Below are positions 1 through 7,332 of a stretch of DNA of 47,957 bases, piece after piece. The notes under the pieces are model-generated. The model was not told where the DNA came from, made no database searches, and saw only the letters and a list, made by a program, of their open reading frames with translations. Within the stretch, counting starts at the first letter, position 1. Each line of letters begins with the position of its first letter. The position numbers and the translations under genes were made by a program. Origin of the DNA: Candidatus Saganbacteria bacterium (GTDB lineage Bacteria; Margulisbacteria; WOR-1; O2-12-FULL-45-9; XYB2-FULL-48-7); the NCBI GenBank assembly GCA_016939335.1, contig JAFGHC010000029.1, positions 1 through 47,957 of the forward strand. The letters run 5' to 3'.

Positions 1-414
1 CGCTTTTCCTTCAACACCGCAATTGCCAAATTGATGGAGTTGACCAACGTTTTTTATGAGGTCAAAGACTCGGGACTCGCGACTCGCGACTTGGAGACAT
101 TGTTGATCTTGCTCTCGCCCTTCGCCCCTCATCTCGCCGAAGAGCTCTGGCATCAGCTCGGCAACAAAGACTCGATCTGCCAACAACCCTGGCCGGCCTA
201 TGATCCCGAACTGGTCAAGGAAAGCGAGATGACGATCCCGGTGCAGGTAAATGGGAAGTTAAGAGATACGATTGTCGTCTCCGCAGAAGCCAAAGAAGAA
301 GAAATTAAAGCCCTGGCGCAATCCACGAAAAAGATCAAAGCGCTGACCGCCGGCAAACAGATCGTCAAAGTCATCTATGTCCCGAAGAAGATGCTCAATC
401 TAATCGTCAAATAA
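1..414 (+). CDS. leuS: Leucyl-tRNA synthetase, C-terminal part (5' end outside window)
   Basis: FSFNTAIAKLMEL...LLSPFAPHLAEELW...VQVNGKLR...KVIYVPKKMLNLIV is the typical LeuRS anticodon-binding/C-terminal domain. Confidence 0.95.
   Translation, partial: RFSFNTAIAKLMELTNVFYEVKDSGLATRDLETLLILLSPFAPHLAEELWHQLGNKDSICQQPWPAYDPELVKESEMTIPVQVNGKLRDTIVVSAEAKEEEIKALAQSTKKIKALTAGKQIVKVIYVPKKMLNLIVK
67..94. repeat. Heptamer tandem array (GACTCGS)x4 inside leuS
   Basis: GACTCGG GACTCGC GACTCGC GACTTGG; encodes DSGLATRDL. Confidence 0.85.
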
Positions 415-470
415 GCTTCAGCAAACAGTAACTATTATTCTCAACTATCTTCGTTTTGCTGGGTTTTGGG

Positions 471-498
471 TGAAATTTTCATCAATTTTTTTCGATAA
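471..498 (+). promoter_or_regulatory. Sigma-28-like promoter
   Basis: TGAAA(471-475)-N15-TTCGATAA(491-498); same architecture at 4776-4803, 4076-4103 and 20627-20654. Confidence 0.55.
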
Positions 499-502
499 AT
501 AT

Positions 503-1336
503 ATGAAAATGATAAGCGCCGTCACCCTCGAAATTACTAATAATTGCAACTTGCGTTGCCGTCATTGCTCTGTGGACGGCGGCCCCGGAGGCCGAACCAT
601 GCCGCAAGCAGATATCAGAAAAATCGTCAATCATCTCCCGGGAAGTTTGACGTATTTATCGATCAGTGGCGGCGAGCCATTTTCCGTAAAACAAACATTA
701 ACAAGTGCTCTTGAGTATATTCGGGATAACCGTTCGAAGCTTTTCCCAAAGGTTAGTGTGGGAGTCGTAACAAATGGTTTTTGGATCAAGAATAAGGCGT
801 CGGACGTAGAATCGCTCAGAGAATTGTATGATTTGGGTGTCCAGCGGATCTCATTTGCAGGAGACGATGATTTTCACAAAGAGCAAGGTTTGGACCATAA
901 AGAAATCGAAGCCGGAGCGTTAGCGGCCAGAGCGACGCTGGAAGAACAACTTGGTGGGCGGGAAACATTTAAATTCATGTATTTTGGCTCCGCACCAGGG
1001 ATGATTGCTCCGTTTGGTCGTGGGAAATTATTGCCTTTATCATTTTTTCGAAAAAAGATGGCATGTGATTTATCCTCCCCATTGACGATCACTATAAGCA
1101 CAAGGGGTGAAGCGTTTTTGTGCTGCTGGAAAAAATCGCCATCGATCGGTTTGGTGATCGCCACCCCGCTTAACGATCTGCTCGAGAGAGCATTGGAGAA
1201 CCCGGCAATCGGCGGACTGATACGGGGTGGTCCGAAAGGGGCCGCTTTAGCGTTAGGTGTTTACGACCAGGCCAGAGAGGAAGAATACGCAACAAAAGCC
1301 TGTCTTATCTGTGAAGGATTATTTTCCGGTAGATAA
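503..1336 (+). CDS. Radical SAM protein with C-terminal Cys-containing (SPASM/twitch-like) region; start 503 or 509 more likely than 470
   Basis: CNLRCRHC (CxxxCxxC), SGGEP, VTNGFW; C-terminal C...CC...CLIC; lower GC than neighbours. Confidence 0.85.
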   Translation: MKMISAVTLEITNNCNLRCRHCSVDGGPGGRTMPQADIRKIVNHLPGSLTYLSISGGEPFSVKQTLTSALEYIRDNRSKLFPKVSVGVVTNGFWIKNKASDVESLRELYDLGVQRISFAGDDDFHKEQGLDHKEIEAGALAARATLEEQLGGRETFKFMYFGSAPGMIAPFGRGKLLPLSFFRKKMACDLSSPLTITISTRGEAFLCCWKKSPSIGLVIATPLNDLLERALENPAIGGLIRGGPKGAALALGVYDQAREEEYATKACLICEGLFSGR

Positions 1337-1384
1337 GACAGCAAGTGAACCTCGCTGTTAATTTCTAATTTCCTTAACCGCGAC

Positions 1385-1404
1385 CCTGCCTGCCGGCAGA
1401 CAGG
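1385..1404. repeat. Palindromic REP-like element CCTGCCTGCCGGCAGACAGG
   Basis: One mismatch to the perfect palindrome at 4188-4207; flanked by additional inverted arms (AACCGCGACCC...GGGTCAGTCGCAGGTT). Confidence 0.8.
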
Positions 1405-1439
1405 GGTCAGTCGCAGGTTCCGACTACCCGTTTTCCCCG

Positions 1440-1448
1440 TGCTATAAT
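1440..1448 (+). promoter_or_regulatory. Extended -10 promoter (TGCTATAAT), probably a leaderless mRNA
   Basis: TATAAT 1443-1448, ATG 6 nt later at 1455, no Shine-Dalgarno. Confidence 0.6.
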
Positions 1449-1454
1449 TAATTA

Positions 1455-3128
1455 ATGGACCATCCCCAAACCCTTGCCGACCAAATACTTCCGCTCGTTC
1501 AGAAGCCCGCCCGATACGTTGGCGGCGAGCTGAACGCCATTAAAAAAGAGTGGGACAAAGCGATAATTAAGTTCGCCCTCGCCTACCCCGACGCCTACGA
1601 GATCGGCATGTCGAACCTCGGCCTGCAGATCCTTTATCATATAATCAACGACCAGCCCGATTGCCTGGCCGAGCGTGTTTTCGCCCCCTGGCCGGACATG
1701 GAACAACAACTCATTGGTCACGGGTCTCGAGTCACGAGTCTCGAGTCCCAAACGCCGCTTAATAAATTTGACGTCTTGGGTTTCAGCCTTGGCCACGAGC
1801 TGACATACACGAACATAATCACGATGTTAAAGCTCGGAGGGATCCCTTTGCACGCGAAAGATCGCGGTGATCATGACCCGCTCATCCTCGGCGGCGGCCC
1901 CTGCGTCTTCAATCCCGAGCCGGTCGCCGAATTTTTCGATTTCTTTGTCCTCGGGGAAGCGGAGGAAGTTCTCTTGGAGATCGTCAACGTTCTGCGTTCA
2001 ACGCTCAACTCCCTGCGCTCTGAAAAACTGCAAGCCTTATCAAGAATTAAAGGGATCTACGTCCCGCAATATCATGCGCCAGTTGAAAAGCGCTACATAA
2101 AGGAGCTAACAACTGCTCCCTACCCCCTGCACCCTATCGTCCCCTTCATCGAGGCGGTGCACGACCGGGCGGCGCTCGAGATCATGCGCGGCTGCAAGTG
2201 GGGCTGCAAGTTCTGCCAGGCGGGGTGGACCTACCGGCCGGTCAGGGAGAAGGAAATGGAAACCCTCCTCCGGCAGGCCGACGAGGTCATGAAAAACACC
2301 GGTTATGAAGAACTGACCCTTATTTCCCTCTCCAGTTCCGACTACAGCAAAATAGACGAGCTGGCCAAGACGCTGGCCAAGAAGTATGAGAGCAAAAAGA
2401 TCAATATCTCGCTCCCCTCGCTGCGCACCAATTCGTTCTCGGTCAAACTGGCCAAGGAGGTCGCCCGCGTCCGCAGCAGCAGCATTACTCTCGCCCCGGA
2501 AGCCGGCACGCAGAGATTGCGCGACATCATCGGCAAGAACATGAGCGAGGAGAACATCATCGAAGGGGTCTCCGCCGCTTTCGACGAGGGGATCGAAGCG
2601 GTCAAGCTCTATTTCATGATCGGCCTGCCGACGGAGACCGACGAAGATCTCCTCGGCATCTGCCGGCTGGCGGAAAAGATCATGGCGCTCGGCAGGAGCC
2701 GCTCGCGGCGCGCCCGCGTCACGGTCAACCTTTCGACCTTCATCCCCAAGCCGCACACCCCCTTCCAGTGGGAGCGGCAGATCACGATCGCCGAGACGCT
2801 GGCCAGGCAGGATTTGATCAAACGGACGATCAGGAACCGGAATATCGAGATCAAGTGGCATCAGGCCGAAGCCAGCTATCTTGAGGGAATTTTCTCGCGG
2901 GGCGATAAGAAACTCACTGCCGTGCTCGAAAAAGCCTGGACGCTGGGGGCGCGTTTCGACGCCTGGTCGGAGCATTTCAAATTCGCTGTCTGGCAGAAAG
3001 CTTTTGCCGGGTGCGGTGTCGATCCCGATGAATATCTGAAGGCTCGGCCGTTTGAGGCGCCTCTTCCCTGGGATTACATAGAAACCGGCGTGCCAAAAGA
3101 GGTTCTGTTAAATCAGGCTAAGCTTTAA
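1455..3128 (+). CDS. B12-binding radical SAM protein, TIGR03960-type
   Basis: KPARYVGGELN, YPDAYEIGMSNLG, RGCKWGCKFCQAG, LAPEAGTQRLR, FIPKPHTPFQW, GARFDAWSEHF. Confidence 0.92.
   Translation: MDHPQTLADQILPLVQKPARYVGGELNAIKKEWDKAIIKFALAYPDAYEIGMSNLGLQILYHIINDQPDCLAERVFAPWPDMEQQLIGHGSRVTSLESQTPLNKFDVLGFSLGHELTYTNIITMLKLGGIPLHAKDRGDHDPLILGGGPCVFNPEPVAEFFDFFVLGEAEEVLLEIVNVLRSTLNSLRSEKLQALSRIKGIYVPQYHAPVEKRYIKELTTAPYPLHPIVPFIEAVHDRAALEIMRGCKWGCKFCQAGWTYRPVREKEMETLLRQADEVMKNTGYEELTLISLSSSDYSKIDELAKTLAKKYESKKINISLPSLRTNSFSVKLAKEVARVRSSSITLAPEAGTQRLRDIIGKNMSEENIIEGVSAAFDEGIEAVKLYFMIGLPTETDEDLLGICRLAEKIMALGRSRSRRARVTVNLSTFIPKPHTPFQWERQITIAETLARQDLIKRTIRNRNIEIKWHQAEASYLEGIFSRGDKKLTAVLEKAWTLGARFDAWSEHFKFAVWQKAFAGCGVDPDEYLKARPFEAPLPWDYIETGVPKEVLLNQAKL
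1717..1747. repeat. Heptamer array (GTCWCGR)x4 inside the TIGR03960-type gene
   Basis: GTCACGG GTCTCGA GTCACGA GTCTCGA GTC; encodes GHGSRVTSLES. Confidence 0.85.
1984..2022. repeat. Degenerate heptamer array inside the TIGR03960-type gene
   Basis: TCAACGT TCTGCGT TCAACGC TCAACTC CCTGCGC TCTG; encodes NVLRSTLNSLRS. Confidence 0.6.
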
Positions 3129-3176
3129 CGCTTAGAGTCTTCGAGCCTTAGAGGCTATTGATTTTCCCCTGACCAA

Positions 3177-3587
3177 CTATTTGGTGAAGTCGACTGTCGG
3201 TAGAACTTTGCCTTCTTCGGGATGATCGCCCAGAATTACGCCCTTTGCCGCTTCTATATCAGCTTCGCCCCCAATTACGGCAATGGTTATAGGATCATCA
3301 TCAATGGTTGCGGTAATAGGTATAGGTTCACCAATAGTTGTATAATCGCCCAGAATTACACCCTTCGCCGCTTCTATATCAGCGTCGCCCCCAATTACGG
3401 CAATAATTAAAGGCTCATTCCTAGTCGTGTTCACATAATCAGCAACAAAAGCTTCACTCTTGTCTCCGGCCGCCGGTTTCTCCGCCTTACAAACAAGGCC
3501 CTTACCGTCATTTTTTACCATAATCTTCATCATCCGTGTACTGGAACCACCAACCTTCGCGTATGGATCGACACACATATTGTCCAT
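3177..3587 (-). CDS. Small hypothetical protein, paralog 1 of the MxNMCVDPYAKVGG family, with a duplicated internal module
   Basis: GGAGG RBS; shared N-terminus; IAVIGG-ADIEAAKGVILGD occurs twice (60-nt copies at 3225-3284 and 3345-3404, 3 mismatches). Confidence 0.75.
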   Translation of the reverse strand: MDNMCVDPYAKVGGSSTRMMKIMVKNDGKGLVCKAEKPAAGDKSEAFVADYVNTTRNEPLIIAVIGGDADIEAAKGVILGDYTTIGEPIPITATIDDDPITIAVIGGEADIEAAKGVILGDHPEEGKVLPTVDFTK

Positions 3588-3656
3588 TTCTATTTTCCTC
3601 CTTATACTCGGGGCATTAAGTCCGCTATAATATTATCGCCTTATCGCCCTGACCGA

Positions 3657-4019
3657 CTATTTGGTAAAGTCGACTGTCGGCAGAATTTTGCTTTCTTCTG
3701 GATCGTGCAGCATTATATATTTCGCCGCTTCTATTTCAAGGGGCCCTCCAATTACAGCAATTAATTGAATAGGAATGTTGGGATGGCTCACATAATCGGC
3801 AACAAAAGCTTCACTAGACTTGCTGTTAACAACAATCGGCCAGCCGGTCAAAGGCTTGCCGGCACTGTCATAAGCATATGCATATGCTCTATCAACGGTT
3901 TTCGATTCCGGGACTTGATCGTCGTTAAGATCGCCGAGATAGTCATTATCACTCCTAACTCTCGCCAGTGAACTGAACCCGCCAACTTTCGCGTATGGAT
4001 CGACACACATATTGCCCAT
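3657..4019 (-). CDS. Small hypothetical protein, paralog 2 (start MGNMCV at 4019)
   Basis: AGGAGG RBS; shared N-terminus, SEAFVADYV, IAVIGG..IEAAK and C-terminal LPTVDFTK as in paralog 1. Confidence 0.75.
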   Translation of the reverse strand: MGNMCVDPYAKVGGFSSLARVRSDNDYLGDLNDDQVPESKTVDRAYAYAYDSAGKPLTGWPIVVNSKSSEAFVADYVSHPNIPIQLIAVIGGPLEIEAAKYIMLHDPEESKILPTVDFTK

Positions 4020-4075
4020 TTCTATCTTCCTCCTGTTTATGCTCACCTTTACTCGGGATCTTAAGTCCGCTATAA

Positions 4076-4103
4076 TATTCGGTTGAAATCTCTGATAATT
4101 TCA
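4076..4103 (-). promoter_or_regulatory. Sigma-28-like promoter of paralog 2
   Basis: Minus strand TGAAA-N15-ACCGAATA. Confidence 0.5.
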
Positions 4104-4120
4104 CTGGTTTTTTCAAAAGC

Positions 4121-4231
4121 CCCTTAGTGCCCTTAGCGTCTTAGCGCCTTAGTGGTAAAATCCCTCTTTCCGGATTCACCACTAAGGCCTGCCTGCCGGC
4201 AGGCAGGCACAAAGGCACGAAGATCACAAGG
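4121..4231. repeat. Inverted octamer arrays (CTTAGYG-type / CACTAAGG-type) with an inserted 22-bp perfect palindrome
   Basis: CCTTAGTGGT (4147-4156) pairs with ACCACTAAGG (4178-4187); GCCTGCCTGCCGGCAGGCAGGC at 4187-4208. Confidence 0.8.
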
Positions 4232-4261
4232 GCAATCGGGCTAAAACCTAATAAGAGTCGT

Positions 4262-4726
4262 TCAGTTAGGGCTATTTAAGCGCCGACCGTGCATTTTATC
4301 CAAACCCAACATTTTTCCCAGAGACTCGAGGTAAGGATCAATCCAGTTTTTAGTTATGGGTTTTGGTTGTTTCTTCTCTATAACCATCACATCCAAAATG
4401 CCCCCTAAAGATTCCCAAAAATCATTTTCCCTTGTCTTCGGGATCGTGTTAATGAGATTATTTCGCTCCTGATCTAAAATGGGAGCTGTAATTTCTACCG
4501 GATAATCTCCGAGAATTATACTTTTCACTGCTTCTATATCAGTAGCTCTTCCAATGACGGCAATAGTTATAGGGGTGTTCACAACATCGGCAACAAAAGA
4601 TTCACTCGCGTTTGTAGGCGCCTCCCCGCAAACACGGGCACGGTCGGCATTCTTGACCGTAACCCTCATTGCCAGTGAACTGGAACCACCAACCTTCGCG
4701 TATGGATCGACACACATATTGTCCAT
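4262..4726 (-). CDS. Small hypothetical protein, paralog 3, with a different C-terminal half
   Basis: AGGAGG RBS; MDNMCVDPYAKVGGSS, SESFVADVV, ITIAVIGRATDIEAVKSIILGD; C-terminal ESLG twice. Confidence 0.75.
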   Translation of the reverse strand: MDNMCVDPYAKVGGSSSLAMRVTVKNADRARVCGEAPTNASESFVADVVNTPITIAVIGRATDIEAVKSIILGDYPVEITAPILDQERNNLINTIPKTRENDFWESLGGILDVMVIEKKQPKPITKNWIDPYLESLGKMLGLDKMHGRRLNSPN

Positions 4727-4775
4727 TTTCCATCTTCCTCCTGTTTACTTTATACCATTTACCCGCTACAATATA

Positions 4776-4803
4776 TTATCGGCAGGTTTTCCCGGAAATT
4801 TCA
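4776..4803 (-). promoter_or_regulatory. Sigma-28-like promoter of paralog 3
   Basis: Minus strand TGAAA-N15-GCCGATAA; the -10 box is a perfect FliA/SigD consensus. Confidence 0.65.
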
Positions 4804-4836
4804 CATAAAATCTTTTCTCCCTCAAAAGGAGGGGCG

Positions 4837-5112
4837 ATGATAACCAAAGGCGAAAAGAAGATTATCCTGGGCTGCGCCAAAAAATTTGGCGTCGCGGAAA
4901 TTTATTTGTTCGGTTCTTCGGTCGGCAAAGGCCGTTACAATGACATTGATCTGGGCGTCAGAGGGCTTCGGCCCGAATTGTTTTTTACGTTTTATGCCGA
5001 CCTATTTAAGTCTTTGCCAAAACCCGTTGATCTTGTTGATTTATCGGAAAAATCGTCTTTTAATTCCCTCATCGAAGAAGAAGGCTTAAAAATCTATGAA
5101 AAATCCGGCTAA
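4837..5112 (+). CDS. Minimal nucleotidyltransferase (MNT/MntA-like) antitoxin
   Basis: AGGAGG RBS before ATG 4837; YLFGS...DIDLGV and VDLVDL motifs; overlaps the downstream HEPN gene. Confidence 0.88.
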   Translation: MITKGEKKIILGCAKKFGVAEIYLFGSSVGKGRYNDIDLGVRGLRPELFFTFYADLFKSLPKPVDLVDLSEKSSFNSLIEEEGLKIYEKSG

Positions 5113-5515
5113 ACACATCCTGGCCGAAAAGGAAAACATTGAAAAGACTTTGTCCTACCTTAAAGAAGCCGTCCGGACAAAAGAGAACAAATCCGCGGCG
5201 GAAATAGCCGGCACGGCAGTCTTCGTACATAATTTTTATAACGGCATAGAAAATATACTCAAGCAAATCCTTAAATCCAAAAATATTATCCTCGGCAATT
5301 CCGAAAACTGGCACAAAGAACTGCTTGAATCGTCTTTTTCTAAAGGGATTATCTCTAGGGAATTGGCCGATAAGCTTTATGAATACCTCACTTTTAGGCA
5401 TTTTTTTATTCATTCTTACGGGTTTAAACTTGATGACGACCGCTTATTACAACTCGCCAACGATATCCCTCAAGTTTGGTCGGATTTTTTATCGTCCATT
5501 GAAACATATTTATAG
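5096..5515 (+). CDS. HEPN (HepT/DUF86-like) RNase toxin
   Basis: HNFYNGIENIL, WHKELL and RHFFIH (Rx4H) motifs; paired with MNT. Confidence 0.88.
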   Translation: MKNPAKHILAEKENIEKTLSYLKEAVRTKENKSAAEIAGTAVFVHNFYNGIENILKQILKSKNIILGNSENWHKELLESSFSKGIISRELADKLYEYLTFRHFFIHSYGFKLDDDRLLQLANDIPQVWSDFLSSIETYL

Positions 5516-5553
5516 TTTTTGAGTGATTTTTTCGATCGGCCGATCGTCATTTA

Positions 5554-5853
5554 ATGCAAAAAATAAGAATAAAATACAAAAAAGGCGAGCCGGTCAAATT
5601 CATTTCCCACCGCGACCTGATGCGGGCGTTCCAGCGGGCGCTGCGGCGGACCGGCCTGCCGGTCGCCTATTCGCAGGGTTTCAATCCTCACATGAAGATC
5701 TCCTGGGGGAACGCCTTAAAAGTCGGCGCCGCCTCGGAGGGGGAATTCGCCGAGATCCAGTTTGACGGCTGGGTCAAGCCGAACGAACTCATGACCGCCC
5801 TCAATGCCAGCCTGCCCCGGGGGCTTGAAATCGTCGAGGCCTTTATAGTATAA
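5554..5853 (+). CDS. Radical SAM-associated protein TIGR03936/DUF2344, short N-terminal form
   Basis: KFISHRDLMRAFQRALRR...AYSQGFNPHMKIS...LNASLPRGLEI. Confidence 0.88.
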   Translation: MQKIRIKYKKGEPVKFISHRDLMRAFQRALRRTGLPVAYSQGFNPHMKISWGNALKVGAASEGEFAEIQFDGWVKPNELMTALNASLPRGLEIVEAFIV

Positions 5854-5958
5854 TGACTAATGTCTAATGACGAATGACTAATGGATGTCCGCCTTCGGCG
5901 GATTATTTAATTCCGAATGATTCATTAATTAGTCATTAATAATTAGTCATTAGTCATT
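5851..5958. repeat. Inverted pair of heptamer arrays (TAATGAC)n...(GTCATTA)n with a central hairpin
   Basis: Five TAATGAC-type units from 5851; TCCGCCTTCGGCGGA at 5888-5902; TTAGTCA units up to 5958. Confidence 0.85.
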
Positions 5959-5965
5959 TATTTTT

Positions 5966-6277
5966 ATGTACGCTATCATCGAAACAGGCGCCAAACAATA
6001 CAGGGTCAGCCCGGGTGACGTGCTGGACGTCGAACTGCTCGACAACCAGAAGAGCGTGACCTTCGGCAATGTTCTCCTTTTCGCCGACGGCGATAAGGTC
6101 GAGATCGGCACGCCCTACCTGAAGGGGGCGAAGGTCTCGGCCAAGGTCCTCGGCGTCAATAAGGACGATAAGGTCATCGCCTTCAAGTACAAGCACAAGG
6201 TCAATTACCACCGGACCAAAGGCCACCGGCAAAATTACACCCGCGTGCAAATAGAGGAGATCAAACATGGCGCATAA
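5966..6277 (+). CDS. rplU: 50S ribosomal protein L21
   Basis: [14 protein letters not shown]...GHRQNYT. Confidence 0.97.
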   Translation: MYAIIETGAKQYRVSPGDVLDVELLDNQKSVTFGNVLLFADGDKVEIGTPYLKGAKVSAKVLGVNKDDKVIAFKYKHKVNYHRTKGHRQNYTRVQIEEIKHGA

Positions 6278-6509
6278 AAAAGGGGGCGGCACCTCCCGTA
6301 ACGGCCGCGATTCCAACGCCCAGCGGCTCGGCGTCAAGGTCTTCGGCGGCCAGTCGATCAACGCCGGCGGCATCATCATCCGGCAGTGCGGTTCCCGCTT
6401 CTACCCCGGCCGGAACGTCGGCATGGGGAGCGATTTCACTCTTTTCGCCAAGGCGGCCGGCAAGGTCGTCTTCGAACCCGGGCACCGCGTCAGCGTCGAA
6501 CCGGCCTAA
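6267..6509 (+). CDS. rpmA: 50S ribosomal protein L27
   Basis: [24 protein letters not shown]. Confidence 0.98.
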   Translation: MAHKKGGGTSRNGRDSNAQRLGVKVFGGQSINAGGIIIRQCGSRFYPGRNVGMGSDFTLFAKAAGKVVFEPGHRVSVEPA

Positions 6510-6518
6510 CCATCCTGT

Positions 6519-7289
6519 ATGGCCGAAAAATCCTACGGCACGATAATCATCAAGATCGGCTCCAGCACTTTGACCTCTCCCGAAGGCAAGCTTGACCACG
6601 CCAACCTCCGGCGGATCGTAGCCGAAGTTGCCGAACTGGTCAAAGCCAAAAAAAAGGTCTTGATCGTGACCAGCGGCGCGATCGTCACCGGTTCCGAGCG
6701 CCTCGGCCTGGGCAAACCCAAGACCATCCCCCAGAAACAGGCGGCGGCGGCCGTCGGCCAGTCGCTCCTGATGCGCCAGTACGAAAAAGCTTTTGAAGCC
6801 TACGGCATCACCGTGGCCCAGGTCCTGCTGACCCGTGACGCCATCACCGACGGCGGCCGCTACGCCAACGCCAAGAACTGCCTGATGACCCTGCTGAAGG
6901 AATCGGTCGTCCCCGTGATCAATGAAAATGACACCGTCGCGGTCGAGGAGATCAAGATCGGCGACAACGACAACCTGGCCGCCCTGACCGCCGGCATGGT
7001 CGGCGCCGGCCTGCTCATTATTCTGACCGATGTCGACGGATTTTACTTGAGCAGTGATGAGGGCGTCCCTTACTTGGCCGCGGAGATCAAGAAGATCACG
7101 CCGGAGATCAGGGAGGCGGCCGGCCACCCTTCGACCCAGCTCGGCACCGGCGGGATGGTCACCAAGATCCAGGCGGCGGAGATCTGCCTGAAAGCCGGGA
7201 TCGAGATGAGGATCGTCAGCGGCCGCAAGCCGGGCGTGATCACGGCGGCCGCCGCCGGCGATAGCGTCGGCACCCGTTTCGTGGTATAA
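6519..7289 (+). CDS. proB: Glutamate 5-kinase (short form without PUA domain)
   Basis: IKIGSSTLT, VTSGAI, KQAAAAVGQ, INENDTV, GDNDNLAA, GTGGMVTKI. Confidence 0.95.
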   Translation: MAEKSYGTIIIKIGSSTLTSPEGKLDHANLRRIVAEVAELVKAKKKVLIVTSGAIVTGSERLGLGKPKTIPQKQAAAAVGQSLLMRQYEKAFEAYGITVAQVLLTRDAITDGGRYANAKNCLMTLLKESVVPVINENDTVAVEEIKIGDNDNLAALTAGMVGAGLLIILTDVDGFYLSSDEGVPYLAAEIKKITPEIREAAGHPSTQLGTGGMVTKIQAAEICLKAGIEMRIVSGRKPGVITAAAAGDSVGTRFVV

Positions 7290-7332
7290 TTTCGTAAAAT
7301 TCTTCCCCGTAAGGCAAGAAAGGAGTCCCTTT

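Noticed and set aside
3225..3404. Near-identical 60-nt repeats as a DGR template/variable pair
   Set aside because: No reverse transcriptase in the window, both copies are in one ORF, and the three mismatches are not all adenine-derived.
5851..5958. Repeat arrays as CRISPR
   Set aside because: Units are 7-8 nt and contiguous with no unique spacers; no cas genes.
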